Origin: an uncultured bacterium
GTDB taxonomy: Bacteria > Armatimonadota > Hebobacteria > Hebobacterales > Hebobacteraceae
Reading direction: 5' to 3'
DNA length: 64,000 nt
Assembly: GCA_964559435.1 (NCBI GenBank)
Contig: CAZLHI010000007.1
Location: 13,952-77,951 of the forward strand
The notes beneath the pieces were generated by a model, which searched no databases, was not told the origin of the DNA, and was given only the letters and a program-made list of their open reading frames with translations. Position 1 is the stretch's first letter, and every line of letters begins with the position of its first letter. Below are positions 46,977-56,305 of this stretch, piece after piece. A program made the position numbers and the translations under genes.

Positions 46977-48062
46977 CTGTTGTCCGCGCTCTGGCCTGGC
47001 GTCGGCAGGGCCGCCCAGCCCTTCGCGTACGCACGCCGCACCGTGGCAGGTGTCGAGCTGCACGTCATCGACGCCGACCTCAACGACCGGCGCCTCGTCG
47101 TTTCGCCGGCAATCGCCGCCGAAGGCATCGGTCGCAGCGAGCCATTCTCGAGCTTCGTTCGCCGCCTGCGACCGGCAGCAGCCATCAACGGGACCTTTTT
47201 CGACAAGAAAAGCCTGCGGCCGATCGCGGACATACTGATTGACGCTAAGCTAGCGAACTTCGGGGGTATCGGGACGGCCGTCGCCTTTAGCGAGGACGGC
47301 GTCGACTTCGTGCGAGTGCCCAAGAGCCGGCACGTGGATTGGTCGGGGTATCGGGCGGCCATTGGTGGCGGACCGCTGTTAGTATGGGAGGGTTTTGCGA
47401 AGCCGCTTCCCGGTGGCGAGGGGTTCGGGGACCCGAGCGTGTTCGCGCGCGCGGCCCCACGCACGGCGATCGGGGTGACCGGCGAGAATCACCTTCTCCT
47501 GGTGGCGACCACGCGAGGGGCATCCCTGTCCAGGCTCGCGGTGGCAATGCGAGAGCTGGGAGCGCTCTATGCGTTCAACCTGGACGGCGGTAGCTCGGTG
47601 GCGATGTGGTTTCGCCGGCAGATGATCGCGCGTCCGAGCAGGCCGCTCACGAACGTCCTCTGCGTCTACCTTGCAAAGGAGCCCACGACCGGCGCACGAT
47701 TGCGGCCACCCGGAGGCCTCGATTGGCGCGGCGGCCACCAACCGCGCCCAGTACTTCACTTCGCCGCCGGGGAGCTGTGTGTCTCGGTGCAGCTGCCGCG
47801 CCGATGGGAGGGAAAGCAGTCCGTGGTCATCACATCAGACAAGCCCCTGCCAGACGACTGGGTGGTCTCCATACGCTTCGACGACCAGCCGACCCCAGCA
47901 GCGGTCGCCGGCGAACTGCCCGCAGAACTCTCCTTGGATTTCTCCGCTTTCGAGGGACACAAGCACCGCCTCTGGGTAGAGGTCGTGGACGAGCAGGGGA
48001 AGGCCATGGGGCGTGTCGAGCGAATCTTCAAGTCAGGGACCCCTGGTCATCACGCGTGGTAG
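46977..48062 (+). CDS. phosphodiester glycosidase family (DUF2233/NAGPA-like) secreted protein
   Basis: Signal peptide ...LLLSALWPGVGRAAQP. Motifs VELHVIDADL, AAINGTFFD and AFNLDGGSS are typical of the family. Start codon uncertain (TTG 46977 proposed; no ATG/GTG in the signal region). Confidence 0.5.
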   Translation: MLSALWPGVGRAAQPFAYARRTVAGVELHVIDADLNDRRLVVSPAIAAEGIGRSEPFSSFVRRLRPAAAINGTFFDKKSLRPIADILIDAKLANFGGIGTAVAFSEDGVDFVRVPKSRHVDWSGYRAAIGGGPLLVWEGFAKPLPGGEGFGDPSVFARAAPRTAIGVTGENHLLLVATTRGASLSRLAVAMRELGALYAFNLDGGSSVAMWFRRQMIARPSRPLTNVLCVYLAKEPTTGARLRPPGGLDWRGGHQPRPVLHFAAGELCVSVQLPRRWEGKQSVVITSDKPLPDDWVVSIRFDDQPTPAAVAGELPAELSLDFSAFEGHKHRLWVEVVDEQGKAMGRVERIFKSGTPGHHAW

Positions 48063-48121
48063 CCGATGCCGATCAGCATCGGCCATTCTGCAGGGCACAA
48101 CATCACATGCCGCCCTCCTCC

Positions 48122-49462
48122 ATGAAGTACAAGATCCTCACTTATGGCTGCCAGATGAACGAGGCCGATTCCGGCCTCATGGCAGCGATTCTCGAACGGG
48201 CCGGGTGGAAGCAAGCAGCCGCCCGCGAGGAGGCCGACCTGATTGTTCTGAACACCTGCTCGGTGCGGCAGCGGCCCGAGCACAAAGTCTACAGCTTGCT
48301 GGGCGACCTGCGCCGCTGGAAGCGATCGAGGCCGGGTGCCCTCCTAGCAGTATCAGGTTGCATGGCCCAGCGAGCAAGCGATGACATACTGGCCCGTGCT
48401 CCTCACGTTGACATCGTGATCGGTACTCGCTGGTTTCACCGCATTGCAGAGCTGGCCGATCGCGCCCTCGGCGGAGACAGGCCGATAGTCGAACTGGGAC
48501 TGGGCGAAGATCCCTCGAAGGCGAGATGTCCCGAGATTGATGCGATCGTCGCTGCGCGCCTGCGGGCCTTCGTACCCATCATACGAGGCTGCTCGAACTT
48601 CTGCACATACTGCGTTGTGCCCTACGTACGGGGTGACGAAACGAGCCGCATCCCAAGCGAGATCGAGCGGGAAGTCGGATCGCTCGTGAGACGCGGCACG
48701 CGAGAAGTGACCCTCCTCGGGCAGAATGTGCTGGCATATGGCCGAGACCTTGCCAGACCACTGACATTCGATGGTCTGCTCTCTCGCCTCAACAGTATCG
48801 AGGGGCTCTGGCGCATCCGTTTCACAACCTGCCACCCACGAGATGTGAGCGATGAACTTGTGGAGGCGATGGCAGAGCTGCCCCGGGTCTGTGAGCACAT
48901 CCATCTGCCCATCCAGTCGGGGACGGATCGGCTGCTTCGGGAGATGAACCGAGGATATACGACGGAGCACTACCTCGGGGTCGTGGACGGTCTTCGATCG
49001 CGGGTTGCTGGCATCGCCATCACGACTGACATCATGGTGGGTTCCCCTGGGGAGACAGAGCAGGAGTTCCAGGACAGCCTTCGTCTGTACGAACGGATGC
49101 AATTCGACTCCGCTTTCACGTTCGCCTACTCGCCGCGCCCTGGCACCGCGGCGGCCGAGCGGGAAGACCAAGTCCCGCGCAGGACTCGCCTGGAACGTCT
49201 GGCCCGACTCATTGACCTCCAGAATCGCATCACAGTGGCGCGCAATCAGCGGGAGATAGGGGAGGAGGCCGAGATACTCGTGGACGGCCCGGCTCAGCGC
49301 GGCGAGGGACTGCTGGCCGGGCGCACCCGGGGAAACAAGCAGGTCGTCTTTCCCGGCCATCACGGGCTCGTCGGCTTGCTCGTGACTGTCCGTCTCCGGG
49401 AAGCTCATTTGTGGGGCTTCCGCGGAGAAGTTGGCGGTGTCCCTCCCGCCCTGGCACGCTAG
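48122..49462 (+). CDS. miaB: tRNA-i6A37 methylthiotransferase (radical SAM MTTase)
   Basis: MKYKILTYGCQMNEADS (UPF0004 domain), radical-SAM CSNFCTYC, C-terminal TRAM domain. The in-frame extension to 47606 is spurious. Confidence 0.85.
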   Translation: MKYKILTYGCQMNEADSGLMAAILERAGWKQAAAREEADLIVLNTCSVRQRPEHKVYSLLGDLRRWKRSRPGALLAVSGCMAQRASDDILARAPHVDIVIGTRWFHRIAELADRALGGDRPIVELGLGEDPSKARCPEIDAIVAARLRAFVPIIRGCSNFCTYCVVPYVRGDETSRIPSEIEREVGSLVRRGTREVTLLGQNVLAYGRDLARPLTFDGLLSRLNSIEGLWRIRFTTCHPRDVSDELVEAMAELPRVCEHIHLPIQSGTDRLLREMNRGYTTEHYLGVVDGLRSRVAGIAITTDIMVGSPGETEQEFQDSLRLYERMQFDSAFTFAYSPRPGTAAAEREDQVPRRTRLERLARLIDLQNRITVARNQREIGEEAEILVDGPAQRGEGLLAGRTRGNKQVVFPGHHGLVGLLVTVRLREAHLWGFRGEVGGVPPALAR

Positions 49463-49493
49463 AGTTCAGGCGCTGAGCTACCCAGACCTCCTG

Positions 49494-49522
49494 TTGACAT
49501 GCAAACACATGTGTGCTATTAT
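49494..49522 (+). promoter_or_regulatory. nrdR promoter P1 (TTGACA-17-TATTAT) with embedded CACATGTG palindrome
   Basis: Consensus-spaced sigma70 hexamers in an AT-rich island. 8-bp perfect palindrome in the spacer (49506-49513). Confidence 0.5.
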
Positions 49523-49553
49523 CCAAACATGTCCGCGGTAAAGCTGGCGGCTC

Positions 49554-49585
49554 TTGACATACTACATCTAGTATGGTATATACCA
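49554..49585 (+). promoter_or_regulatory. nrdR promoter P2 (TTGACA-17-TATATA) overlapped by 12-bp palindrome TGGTATATACCA (candidate NrdR box)
   Basis: -35 at 49554-49559, -10 at 49577-49582. Perfect palindrome at 49574-49585. NrdR boxes are AT-rich 16-bp palindromes overlapping promoters. Confidence 0.5.
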
Positions 49586-49616
49586 CCGCTTCTACCATAT
49601 AGCGGGGTTGTTCGCA

Positions 49617-50129
49617 GTGAGGTGTCCATTCTGTCAGCACCGGGACAGCCGGGTCCTGGACTCAAGGACCAGCGATGATGACGCGGTGGTCAGGCGCCGA
49701 CGCGAGTGCCCGGAGTGCGGCCGGAGATTCACTACCTACGAGCGGCCTACCGAAGTGCGCGTCTACGCAGTCAAGAAAGACGGGCGTCGGGAGCCTTTCG
49801 ACCGCGAGAAAATACTAGCCGGGATCGGCAAAGCGTGCGAGAAGCGCCCCATAAGCCGAGAGGCCGTTGAGGAGGCGGCCGACGCAATCGAACGCCGAGT
49901 GAAGGATCAACTCTCAGAAGAGGTGCCGACGAGCGAGATCGGCGCGTGGGTGATGGACGCGCTGAGGGAGCTGGACGCGGTCGCCTATGTGCGCTTCGCG
50001 TCGGTATACAAAGAGTTCCGAGACACGGATTCATTTGTGAAGGAGGTCGAATCGCTTGTGCGGAATGCCTCAGCGCCCACACGGGAGGACGACCCTCAGC
50101 AGATAACGCTCTTCGACTCGCAGGACTGA
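49617..50129 (+). CDS. nrdR: transcriptional repressor NrdR (Zn-ribbon + ATP-cone)
   Basis: MRCPFCQHRDSRVLDSR...CPECGRRFTTYE zinc ribbon, then ATP-cone (VKKDGRREPFDREKI). Confidence 0.85.
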   Translation: MRCPFCQHRDSRVLDSRTSDDDAVVRRRRECPECGRRFTTYERPTEVRVYAVKKDGRREPFDREKILAGIGKACEKRPISREAVEEAADAIERRVKDQLSEEVPTSEIGAWVMDALRELDAVAYVRFASVYKEFRDTDSFVKEVESLVRNASAPTREDDPQQITLFDSQD

Positions 50130-50155
50130 TCATAACTTTGTGAGGAGCCGAGCTA

Positions 50156-52447
50156 GTGGCCAGCTTGCCAGATGATGTTCCGCTGCCGCAGTTCACCGAC
50201 AATGCCCTGACTGTTCTGCGGAAGCGCTACTTGCGCAAGAACGAAGAGGGTGTCCCCGTCGAGGAGCCCTGGGAGATGTTCTGGCGCGTCGCGCGGGACG
50301 TGGCCTTCGCCAGCGCGCGGTACGATCCCGCAGCGGACACTGACACCGAGGCGCGAGAGTTCTACCAATCAATGGCGCAGTTGGATTTCCTGCCGAACTC
50401 GCCGACGCTCATGAACGCGGGCAGAGAGCTGCAGCAGCTATCGGCCTGCTTTGTACTGCCTGTCGAAGACTCCATGGAATCCATCTTCGAGACGATCAAA
50501 GATACGGCACTCATTCATCAATCGGGGGGCGGGACCGGCTTCTCCTTCTCGCGGCTGAGGCCGAAGGGGGACATCGTTCGCACGACGGGCGGCATTGCCT
50601 CCGGCCCGGTATCTTTCATGAGGGTATTCAACGCCGCAACAGAGGCTGTCAAACAGGGAGGAACGCGGCGCGGCGCCAACATGGCTATACTCCGCGTGGA
50701 CCATCCCGATATAGTCGAGTTCATCACCGCTAAGCGAGATACAACCGCGCTGACCAACTTCAATATCTCCGTCGGACTGACGGAAGAGTTCATGCAGGCC
50801 GTGCGCGACGACACGGAGTATGATCTCGTTAATCCGCGCACGGAGAAAGTCGTCCAGCGCCGACGCGCCCGAGAGGTGTTCGACCTCATCGTGGAGGGGT
50901 CTTGGGCGACAGGCGAGCCCGGCATTGTCTTCCTCGACCGGCTCAACGCATCCAACCCGACGCCAGCGCTCGGCGAGATAGAATCGACGAATCCCTGTGG
51001 CGAGCAGCCCCTGCTCCCCTACGAGGCGTGCAATCTTGGCTCGATAAACCTCTCGCACTTCGTCAAGCCGGGGGATCCCCCCGAGATAGACTTCCCCCGA
51101 CTCGGGAAAGCGGTACGGACAACCGTCCGCTTCCTCGATGATGTGATAGATGTGAACGAGTACCCCCTGGACAAGATCGGCGAGATGGCCCGCGGAAACC
51201 GAAAGATCGGGCTGGGCGTCATGGGCTTCGCCGATATGCTCATTCAGCTCGGCATCGCCTATGATTCCGAGCGGGGGCTGGAGACAGCCGGGCAGGTGAT
51301 GCAGTTCATCCACGACCGGGGCCAGGAGGCCTCGGCGGAAATCGCGCACGAGCGCGGCGTCTTTCCAAACTTCGACGATAGCATATTCGCGCAAAGCGGG
51401 CGCCGTCTTCGCAATGCGACCGTGACGACTATCGCGCCGACGGGCACGCTTTCCATCATCGCCAGCTGCTCCTCGGGAATCGAGCCTCTGTTCGCAGTGG
51501 TGTACACGCGCCGCATTCTGGACGGCCAGGAGCTGCTGGAGGTTCACCCGCTCTTCGAGGCGACTGCGCGCGACCGGGGCTTCTATTCCGAGCAGTTGAT
51601 GAAGGAGGTCGGCGAGCACAAGTCGCTGGCGGACGTGGAGGGAGTGCCGGCCGATGTTCGACGGCTGTTCGTCACGGCCTACGACATCTCGCCCGAGTGG
51701 CACATTCGGATGCAAGCGGAGTTCCAGAAGCACACGGACAACGCGGTATCGAAGACGGTGAACTTCCGCAACGAAGCAACAGCGGACGACATTCGGCGCG
51801 TCTACATGCTGGCCTATGAGCTGGGCTGCAAGGGCGTGACGGTCTACAGAGACGGCTCGCGCGACGCGCAGGTGCTCACGACGGGCACGGCGACCCCGGC
51901 GAAGGTGGAGGCCGCGGCTCCCGTGATCGCCAAGGCAGCGACGATAATGCCTCGCCCGCGCCCTACTGTCACCGAGGGCAGCACAGAGAAGATCAAGACC
52001 GGCTGCGGCAACCTATATGTTACCGTCAATGAGGACGAGCAGGGATTGTGCGAGGTCTTCACGACCATTGGCAAGTCCGGCGGCTGCACAGCGTCGCAGT
52101 CCGAGGCCACCGCGCGCATGATCTCCCTGGTCCTGAGGTCGGGAGTCGATCCCAAGTCGATCGTGGACGAGCTCAAGGGGATCCGATGTCCTATGCCCTC
52201 GTGGGATCGCGGTTCGGTCACCCTTTCTTGCGCGGACGCAGTCGGCAAGGCGATTGAGAGATACCTGGCCTCCAATGGGCACGGAAACGGCCGAGAGAGC
52301 TTGGCGACGTCCGCAGTCGAGAGGGCATCTGACAATGACATCGCCAGCGTGGGCTACAACCCCGAATGTCCTGACTGCGGAACCATACTAGAACTCTCAG
52401 AGGGCTGTGTGGTGTGCCGCGCCTGTGGGTACTCTCGTTGTGCATGA
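50156..52447 (+). CDS. nrdJ: adenosylcobalamin-dependent (class II) ribonucleotide reductase
   Basis: Class II RNR features (NSPTLMNAGR, radical Cys loop NPCGEQPL, C-terminal CPDCG...CxxCRACG cysteine tail). Directly downstream of nrdR. Confidence 0.85.
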   Translation: MASLPDDVPLPQFTDNALTVLRKRYLRKNEEGVPVEEPWEMFWRVARDVAFASARYDPAADTDTEAREFYQSMAQLDFLPNSPTLMNAGRELQQLSACFVLPVEDSMESIFETIKDTALIHQSGGGTGFSFSRLRPKGDIVRTTGGIASGPVSFMRVFNAATEAVKQGGTRRGANMAILRVDHPDIVEFITAKRDTTALTNFNISVGLTEEFMQAVRDDTEYDLVNPRTEKVVQRRRAREVFDLIVEGSWATGEPGIVFLDRLNASNPTPALGEIESTNPCGEQPLLPYEACNLGSINLSHFVKPGDPPEIDFPRLGKAVRTTVRFLDDVIDVNEYPLDKIGEMARGNRKIGLGVMGFADMLIQLGIAYDSERGLETAGQVMQFIHDRGQEASAEIAHERGVFPNFDDSIFAQSGRRLRNATVTTIAPTGTLSIIASCSSGIEPLFAVVYTRRILDGQELLEVHPLFEATARDRGFYSEQLMKEVGEHKSLADVEGVPADVRRLFVTAYDISPEWHIRMQAEFQKHTDNAVSKTVNFRNEATADDIRRVYMLAYELGCKGVTVYRDGSRDAQVLTTGTATPAKVEAAAPVIAKAATIMPRPRPTVTEGSTEKIKTGCGNLYVTVNEDEQGLCEVFTTIGKSGGCTASQSEATARMISLVLRSGVDPKSIVDELKGIRCPMPSWDRGSVTLSCADAVGKAIERYLASNGHGNGRESLATSAVERASDNDIASVGYNPECPDCGTILELSEGCVVCRACGYSRCA

Positions 52448-53124
52448 GATGCGTGGAAGCACCGCGGCCCATGCCAATGACACTTGCTGCTGACTGGCGC
52501 CCTGTCCTACAGCTACTCGGCCTCCCCCGCGCGCCGAGGGTGCTGGCGGCAGCGCCCCACGGTTCCAAGGACCTCGCCGATGTCATCAGAAGCGTCAGGC
52601 CTCGAGCACGAATCGTCGTGGTGGACATCGGCGCTGAGCGGACGGGCGTGGGAGAGCGTTACACCGTTCCTGCCGAGCGCGTGGCCCTGGAGCAACTCCG
52701 GACAAGCCTTGCGGCTGACAGCCTTGACTTGATCGTCTTCGAGCACGCAATGGACGACATTGTCTTGGAGCCGGTGGCGCGACACGAGGACCTGGGGCCG
52801 GACGAAGAGGAGCCAGGTGAGTACTCACCTCGACCTCGCGCACTAAGGGCCTACTGGCGGTCCGGGGACTTGGAGGAGGTGGCTGCGCCCTTCTTTGTGG
52901 ACGTGCTGGCGGACTGCCGAGGCGTCCTGGCCTCATCCGGCAGGATCGTGCTCCACCACAGGATCGTCGATGCGGACCTGGTGACAGGTCAGCCGATGGA
53001 AGTCTACGCCGAGTACATCCAGCTGGCACGGCGTTGGATAGCGGATTCCGCGGTGGAGCTGCGCGAGGTACCCGTGGATTCGCTTCATCCCCAGTGGTGG
53101 CTCTGTCTCGAGCGGGCCGAGTAG
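52444..53124 (+). CDS. hypothetical protein, Rossmann/methyltransferase-like, translationally coupled to nrdJ
   Basis: ATG overlaps the nrdJ stop (ATGA). IVVVDIGAERTG, then an acidic residue and DLIVFEHAMDD, resemble SAM-MTase motifs I/II. Confidence 0.5.
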   Translation: MRCVEAPRPMPMTLAADWRPVLQLLGLPRAPRVLAAAPHGSKDLADVIRSVRPRARIVVVDIGAERTGVGERYTVPAERVALEQLRTSLAADSLDLIVFEHAMDDIVLEPVARHEDLGPDEEEPGEYSPRPRALRAYWRSGDLEEVAAPFFVDVLADCRGVLASSGRIVLHHRIVDADLVTGQPMEVYAEYIQLARRWIADSAVELREVPVDSLHPQWWLCLERAE

Positions 53125-53177
53125 CTCCAACGCGCCCGGCCGCCTGTGCACAGCGGTATCTGAGCTACCGCCCCCGG

Positions 53178-53762
53178 CTAACCACTGTTCTGGCAGGTGG
53201 TCTCGCCCGCCCTTGCCACAGGAGCAATGTCCGGGTTCGGGCCCCAGAGCCGGAATAGCCGGGAGACTATGACGCGGCCTTCTATGGCCTCCCACGGAAC
53301 CGGGCCGAAGTGCCGGCTGTCATATGAGTTCGAGGGCGAGTCCCCAAGCACGAACACATGCTGCTCCGGCACGGTCATCCGATCGAGCTGGATGTCGCCA
53401 CCGACCCGTGCAGTGACAGCGCGCAGCGCGGCCACCTCAACCGGTGGGACGATACGCCGCAGGACTCGTCCGGGACTCGCGGACTCAAATGTCCACACCG
53501 TCTCGCCGGGCAGCGCATAGACCCGCTTCAGGAAGACCTCTCCGTTTACGGCCAGCAGCACAACATCGCCGGGCCGCAGGGCCTCTGGGTCTGCCACCGA
53601 CGTCTTCAGGAATACCTGGCCGCTGTGAAAGCTCGGCGCCATAGACTCACCGAGGACCACGCCCGGCCTGACAGGCGCGACGAGCGCAGCAATAACGGCG
53701 CACATCGCCAGGAAAGCGAGGGTGCGTTTTCCTTCGATACGAGCGGCCCCTTCGATCGGCAT
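53178..53762 (-). CDS. lepB: signal peptidase I
   Basis: N-terminal TM, catalytic Ser GESMAPSF, box E GDSPSNSYDSRHFGPVP. The longer ORF to 53840 is probably an overcall. Confidence 0.75.
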   Translation of the reverse strand: MPIEGAARIEGKRTLAFLAMCAVIAALVAPVRPGVVLGESMAPSFHSGQVFLKTSVADPEALRPGDVVLLAVNGEVFLKRVYALPGETVWTFESASPGRVLRRIVPPVEVAALRAVTARVGGDIQLDRMTVPEQHVFVLGDSPSNSYDSRHFGPVPWEAIEGRVIVSRLFRLWGPNPDIAPVARAGETTCQNSG

Positions 53763-53898
53763 CAAAGACCCCTTTTGGGGCTTGCCAAGCGCCCTGCTCG
53801 TCCTCTGCTCATCCACTAAGAGTATGCCACAGCGATGCATCGTTTATGCTGGGGGCCACCTGCGTTTGTCTCGTTTTCGCGCAGGGCTCGGGGGCCCC

Positions 53899-54297
53899 TT
53901 ACCCGGATGGCAGTAGCTGCACCAGGACTCGGCGCCGTCGGGGCCCGTCGAACTCGCAGAAGTAGACGCCCTGCCAGGTCCCCAGCACCAGCCTGCCATC
54001 CTCTACCGGAACCGTCACGGAGTGCCCTACCAGGCTGCTTTTCACATGCGCGTCCGAGTTGCCCTCCGCGTGCGCGTACGGCCCCGTGCGGGGAACGAGG
54101 CGTCCCAGCGTATCCATGATATCGGACATCACGTCGGGGTCGGCGTTCTCGTTAATGCTGACGCCGGCCGTGGTGTGTGCGCTACAGACAACTGCGACTC
54201 CGCTCTTCGTCGTCGACTTCGAGACGATGTCTTGTATCTGCCGCGTGATGTCGACTGCCTCTGTACGCGATCGCGTAGCAATGCCTACGGTCTCCAT
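53899..54297 (-). CDS. yjbQ: YjbQ/UPF0047 family secondary thiamine-phosphate synthase-like protein
   Basis: 132 aa; METVGIATRSRTEAVDITRQI...CSAHTTAGVSINENADP...GHS pattern typical of YjbQ. Confidence 0.7.
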   Translation of the reverse strand: METVGIATRSRTEAVDITRQIQDIVSKSTTKSGVAVVCSAHTTAGVSINENADPDVMSDIMDTLGRLVPRTGPYAHAEGNSDAHVKSSLVGHSVTVPVEDGRLVLGTWQGVYFCEFDGPRRRRVLVQLLPSG

Positions 54298-54321
54298 GTG
54301 CCTCCCCTCTACGGCGAGTTA

Positions 54322-56292
54322 TCAATTCGCCGCAAGCTCTTGCATCCGCTCGAGGTAGTCCAGCACTGTTATCACGACGCTGGCATGGCTCCACGTAAGC
54401 GGTGAGACTGACAGCGGCTCGTTCGTGTAGGGGTGGACCTGCTCGGCGAGCACGCCCGACGGCATCGCGTGACCGGCCACCCACTCGATGATCGGGAGCG
54501 CGGTGGATCGGAGCTCCTCCGGGTCCGACGCGCGCAGTATTAGATACTGGGCGTACCATAGCGTGGAGATGAACCAGGGGTTCCCCGGCACCCGGCCGAA
54601 GTCACCCTCGACCTGGTGATAGTAGTCTCCGGCATAACGCGCGAGCCCGCCGACGTCGGTCTTGACCCACAGCTCCTCCCTGAGTGCGTCCGCCGTTGAG
54701 ATCATCTCTGGATCATTGCACTCGCATGCACCCAGGAGCAGTGCGCCGTATATGCTCGAGTCGGGCGTCATGTCCAACCGGTAGCTGGCTCCATCCTCGT
54801 CTGTTGTGGCGCAGCGTGCGAACCTGTTGAGGTCCCTATTGAAGAGGTGACCCGTCAGTGCCTCCCTCATCCTGTCGGCGGCCGCCCGGTAGCGGTCCGC
54901 ATGCTCGGTCTCGCCAAAGGCTTCGGCGAAATTCGCCGCCGCATTGAGGCCTGCACAGACCGCGGCCACTGTGTAGGTGTGCACGCCGAGTCGCTCCTCC
55001 CACAAGTCGTGGGAGGGGAGCGGAAGGCCGCTTTCGTCATTCCGGAAGCGTATCATGAACTCCGCCGCACGAATGATAACTGGTCTGTAGAACGGCTTGA
55101 TGAACTCTATGTCGTGGTAGAGCGAGAAGTGTTCCCACAGCGCCCAGACGACGAGCCCGGTGCCATCTTCTTGGATCGGAAGGTGAGGTCGGCCCTCCTG
55201 GACCCATGGCTGCCACGAGCTGGCCAGCGTTCCGTCGGAGTTGTACTTGTGCAGGAAGTACCCTCCCGGCTCTATGACCTCGGTGCAGAACTCGAAGAAG
55301 CTCCTCGCCACATGGGAGTAGCCGGCGCGCGCCATGGCGTAGGCTGCAATGGCCCCGTCGCGCGGCCACATATAGCAGTAGGTATCATCCGCGAATGTGC
55401 GGATGTCCCAATCGCTCGCGGCGATGAACGCGCCGCCGCTATCGCGGTGGGTACGCATCACGAGCAGACTTCGCTTGAAGAGATCAACGACGGGGCGCGG
55501 CAGATCGTGAAAGTCGCGCCCTTCTTTGTTGACCCACAGCCTCCAGTAGTTATGGGTCCGGCGCAAGAGCTCGTGCGGGCCCTTGTCGTGGATGACGGAA
55601 TTCAGCTGCTCGAGCTGCGCGTGCTCCGAGCCGGCCAGCAGCCAATAGAAGAAGTTGCCTTCGCCGCGGGACGCCAGACGAACAGTGATGCCGATTGCGG
55701 AATCGGCCGCGCCGTGGTCGATCGGGTTCCCGGACAGCCATCCATCCTCGGCATCCCTCCATGTGCCGGCAAGATGCGGGCCCTTGCGCCCGCAGGCCCA
55801 CTGCTCGACTCCGCACATGGCGTCGCTGCACGTGTGAACCGCGAACCAGCGATCACCCTTGTAGTGCACCACAGCCTTGAGCTCCGGGTCATAGTAGGCC
55901 GTGTCGCCCGTTTGGACCCCAGACACGCAGAAGTCGTGGTAGAAGAACACGCGAGCTTCGCGGTCTTCCTCTCGCAAGTTCCGGACCCGCACGTGACGAA
56001 CGAAGATCGGCTCGTGGAAATCGACTGCATCCTCAAAGGCAAGTTCGATGCCGAGGGCCTCGTTGCGAGCTCGGACGTCAGTCACGAGTGATTCCTCACG
56101 GTACCGCCTCGTGATCTGCCAATCAGGCCCGAGCCACGAGAACTGGCCGTCGCACCAGACGCCCACTCGGAAGGGCCGGCCGTCCGAGTGATTCTCGCGG
56201 CCGAGGTGCGGATAGTATATGTCCCGCACCTGGTAGTCACGATCGAAATTGATCAGGAGCGTCCCATTGCCGATTGGGAGGTCCCTGGGCAT
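54322..56292 (-). CDS. glycoside hydrolase family 15 (glucoamylase/glucodextranase-like)
   Basis: N-terminal beta-sandwich and (alpha/alpha)6 catalytic domain. GH15 motifs (YCYMWPRDGA, LWEE catalytic Glu region). Confidence 0.75.
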   Translation of the reverse strand: MPRDLPIGNGTLLINFDRDYQVRDIYYPHLGRENHSDGRPFRVGVWCDGQFSWLGPDWQITRRYREESLVTDVRARNEALGIELAFEDAVDFHEPIFVRHVRVRNLREEDREARVFFYHDFCVSGVQTGDTAYYDPELKAVVHYKGDRWFAVHTCSDAMCGVEQWACGRKGPHLAGTWRDAEDGWLSGNPIDHGAADSAIGITVRLASRGEGNFFYWLLAGSEHAQLEQLNSVIHDKGPHELLRRTHNYWRLWVNKEGRDFHDLPRPVVDLFKRSLLVMRTHRDSGGAFIAASDWDIRTFADDTYCYMWPRDGAIAAYAMARAGYSHVARSFFEFCTEVIEPGGYFLHKYNSDGTLASSWQPWVQEGRPHLPIQEDGTGLVVWALWEHFSLYHDIEFIKPFYRPVIIRAAEFMIRFRNDESGLPLPSHDLWEERLGVHTYTVAAVCAGLNAAANFAEAFGETEHADRYRAAADRMREALTGHLFNRDLNRFARCATTDEDGASYRLDMTPDSSIYGALLLGACECNDPEMISTADALREELWVKTDVGGLARYAGDYYHQVEGDFGRVPGNPWFISTLWYAQYLILRASDPEELRSTALPIIEWVAGHAMPSGVLAEQVHPYTNEPLSVSPLTWSHASVVITVLDYLERMQELAAN

Positions 56293-56305
56293 GTCACAAT
56301 CTCCT

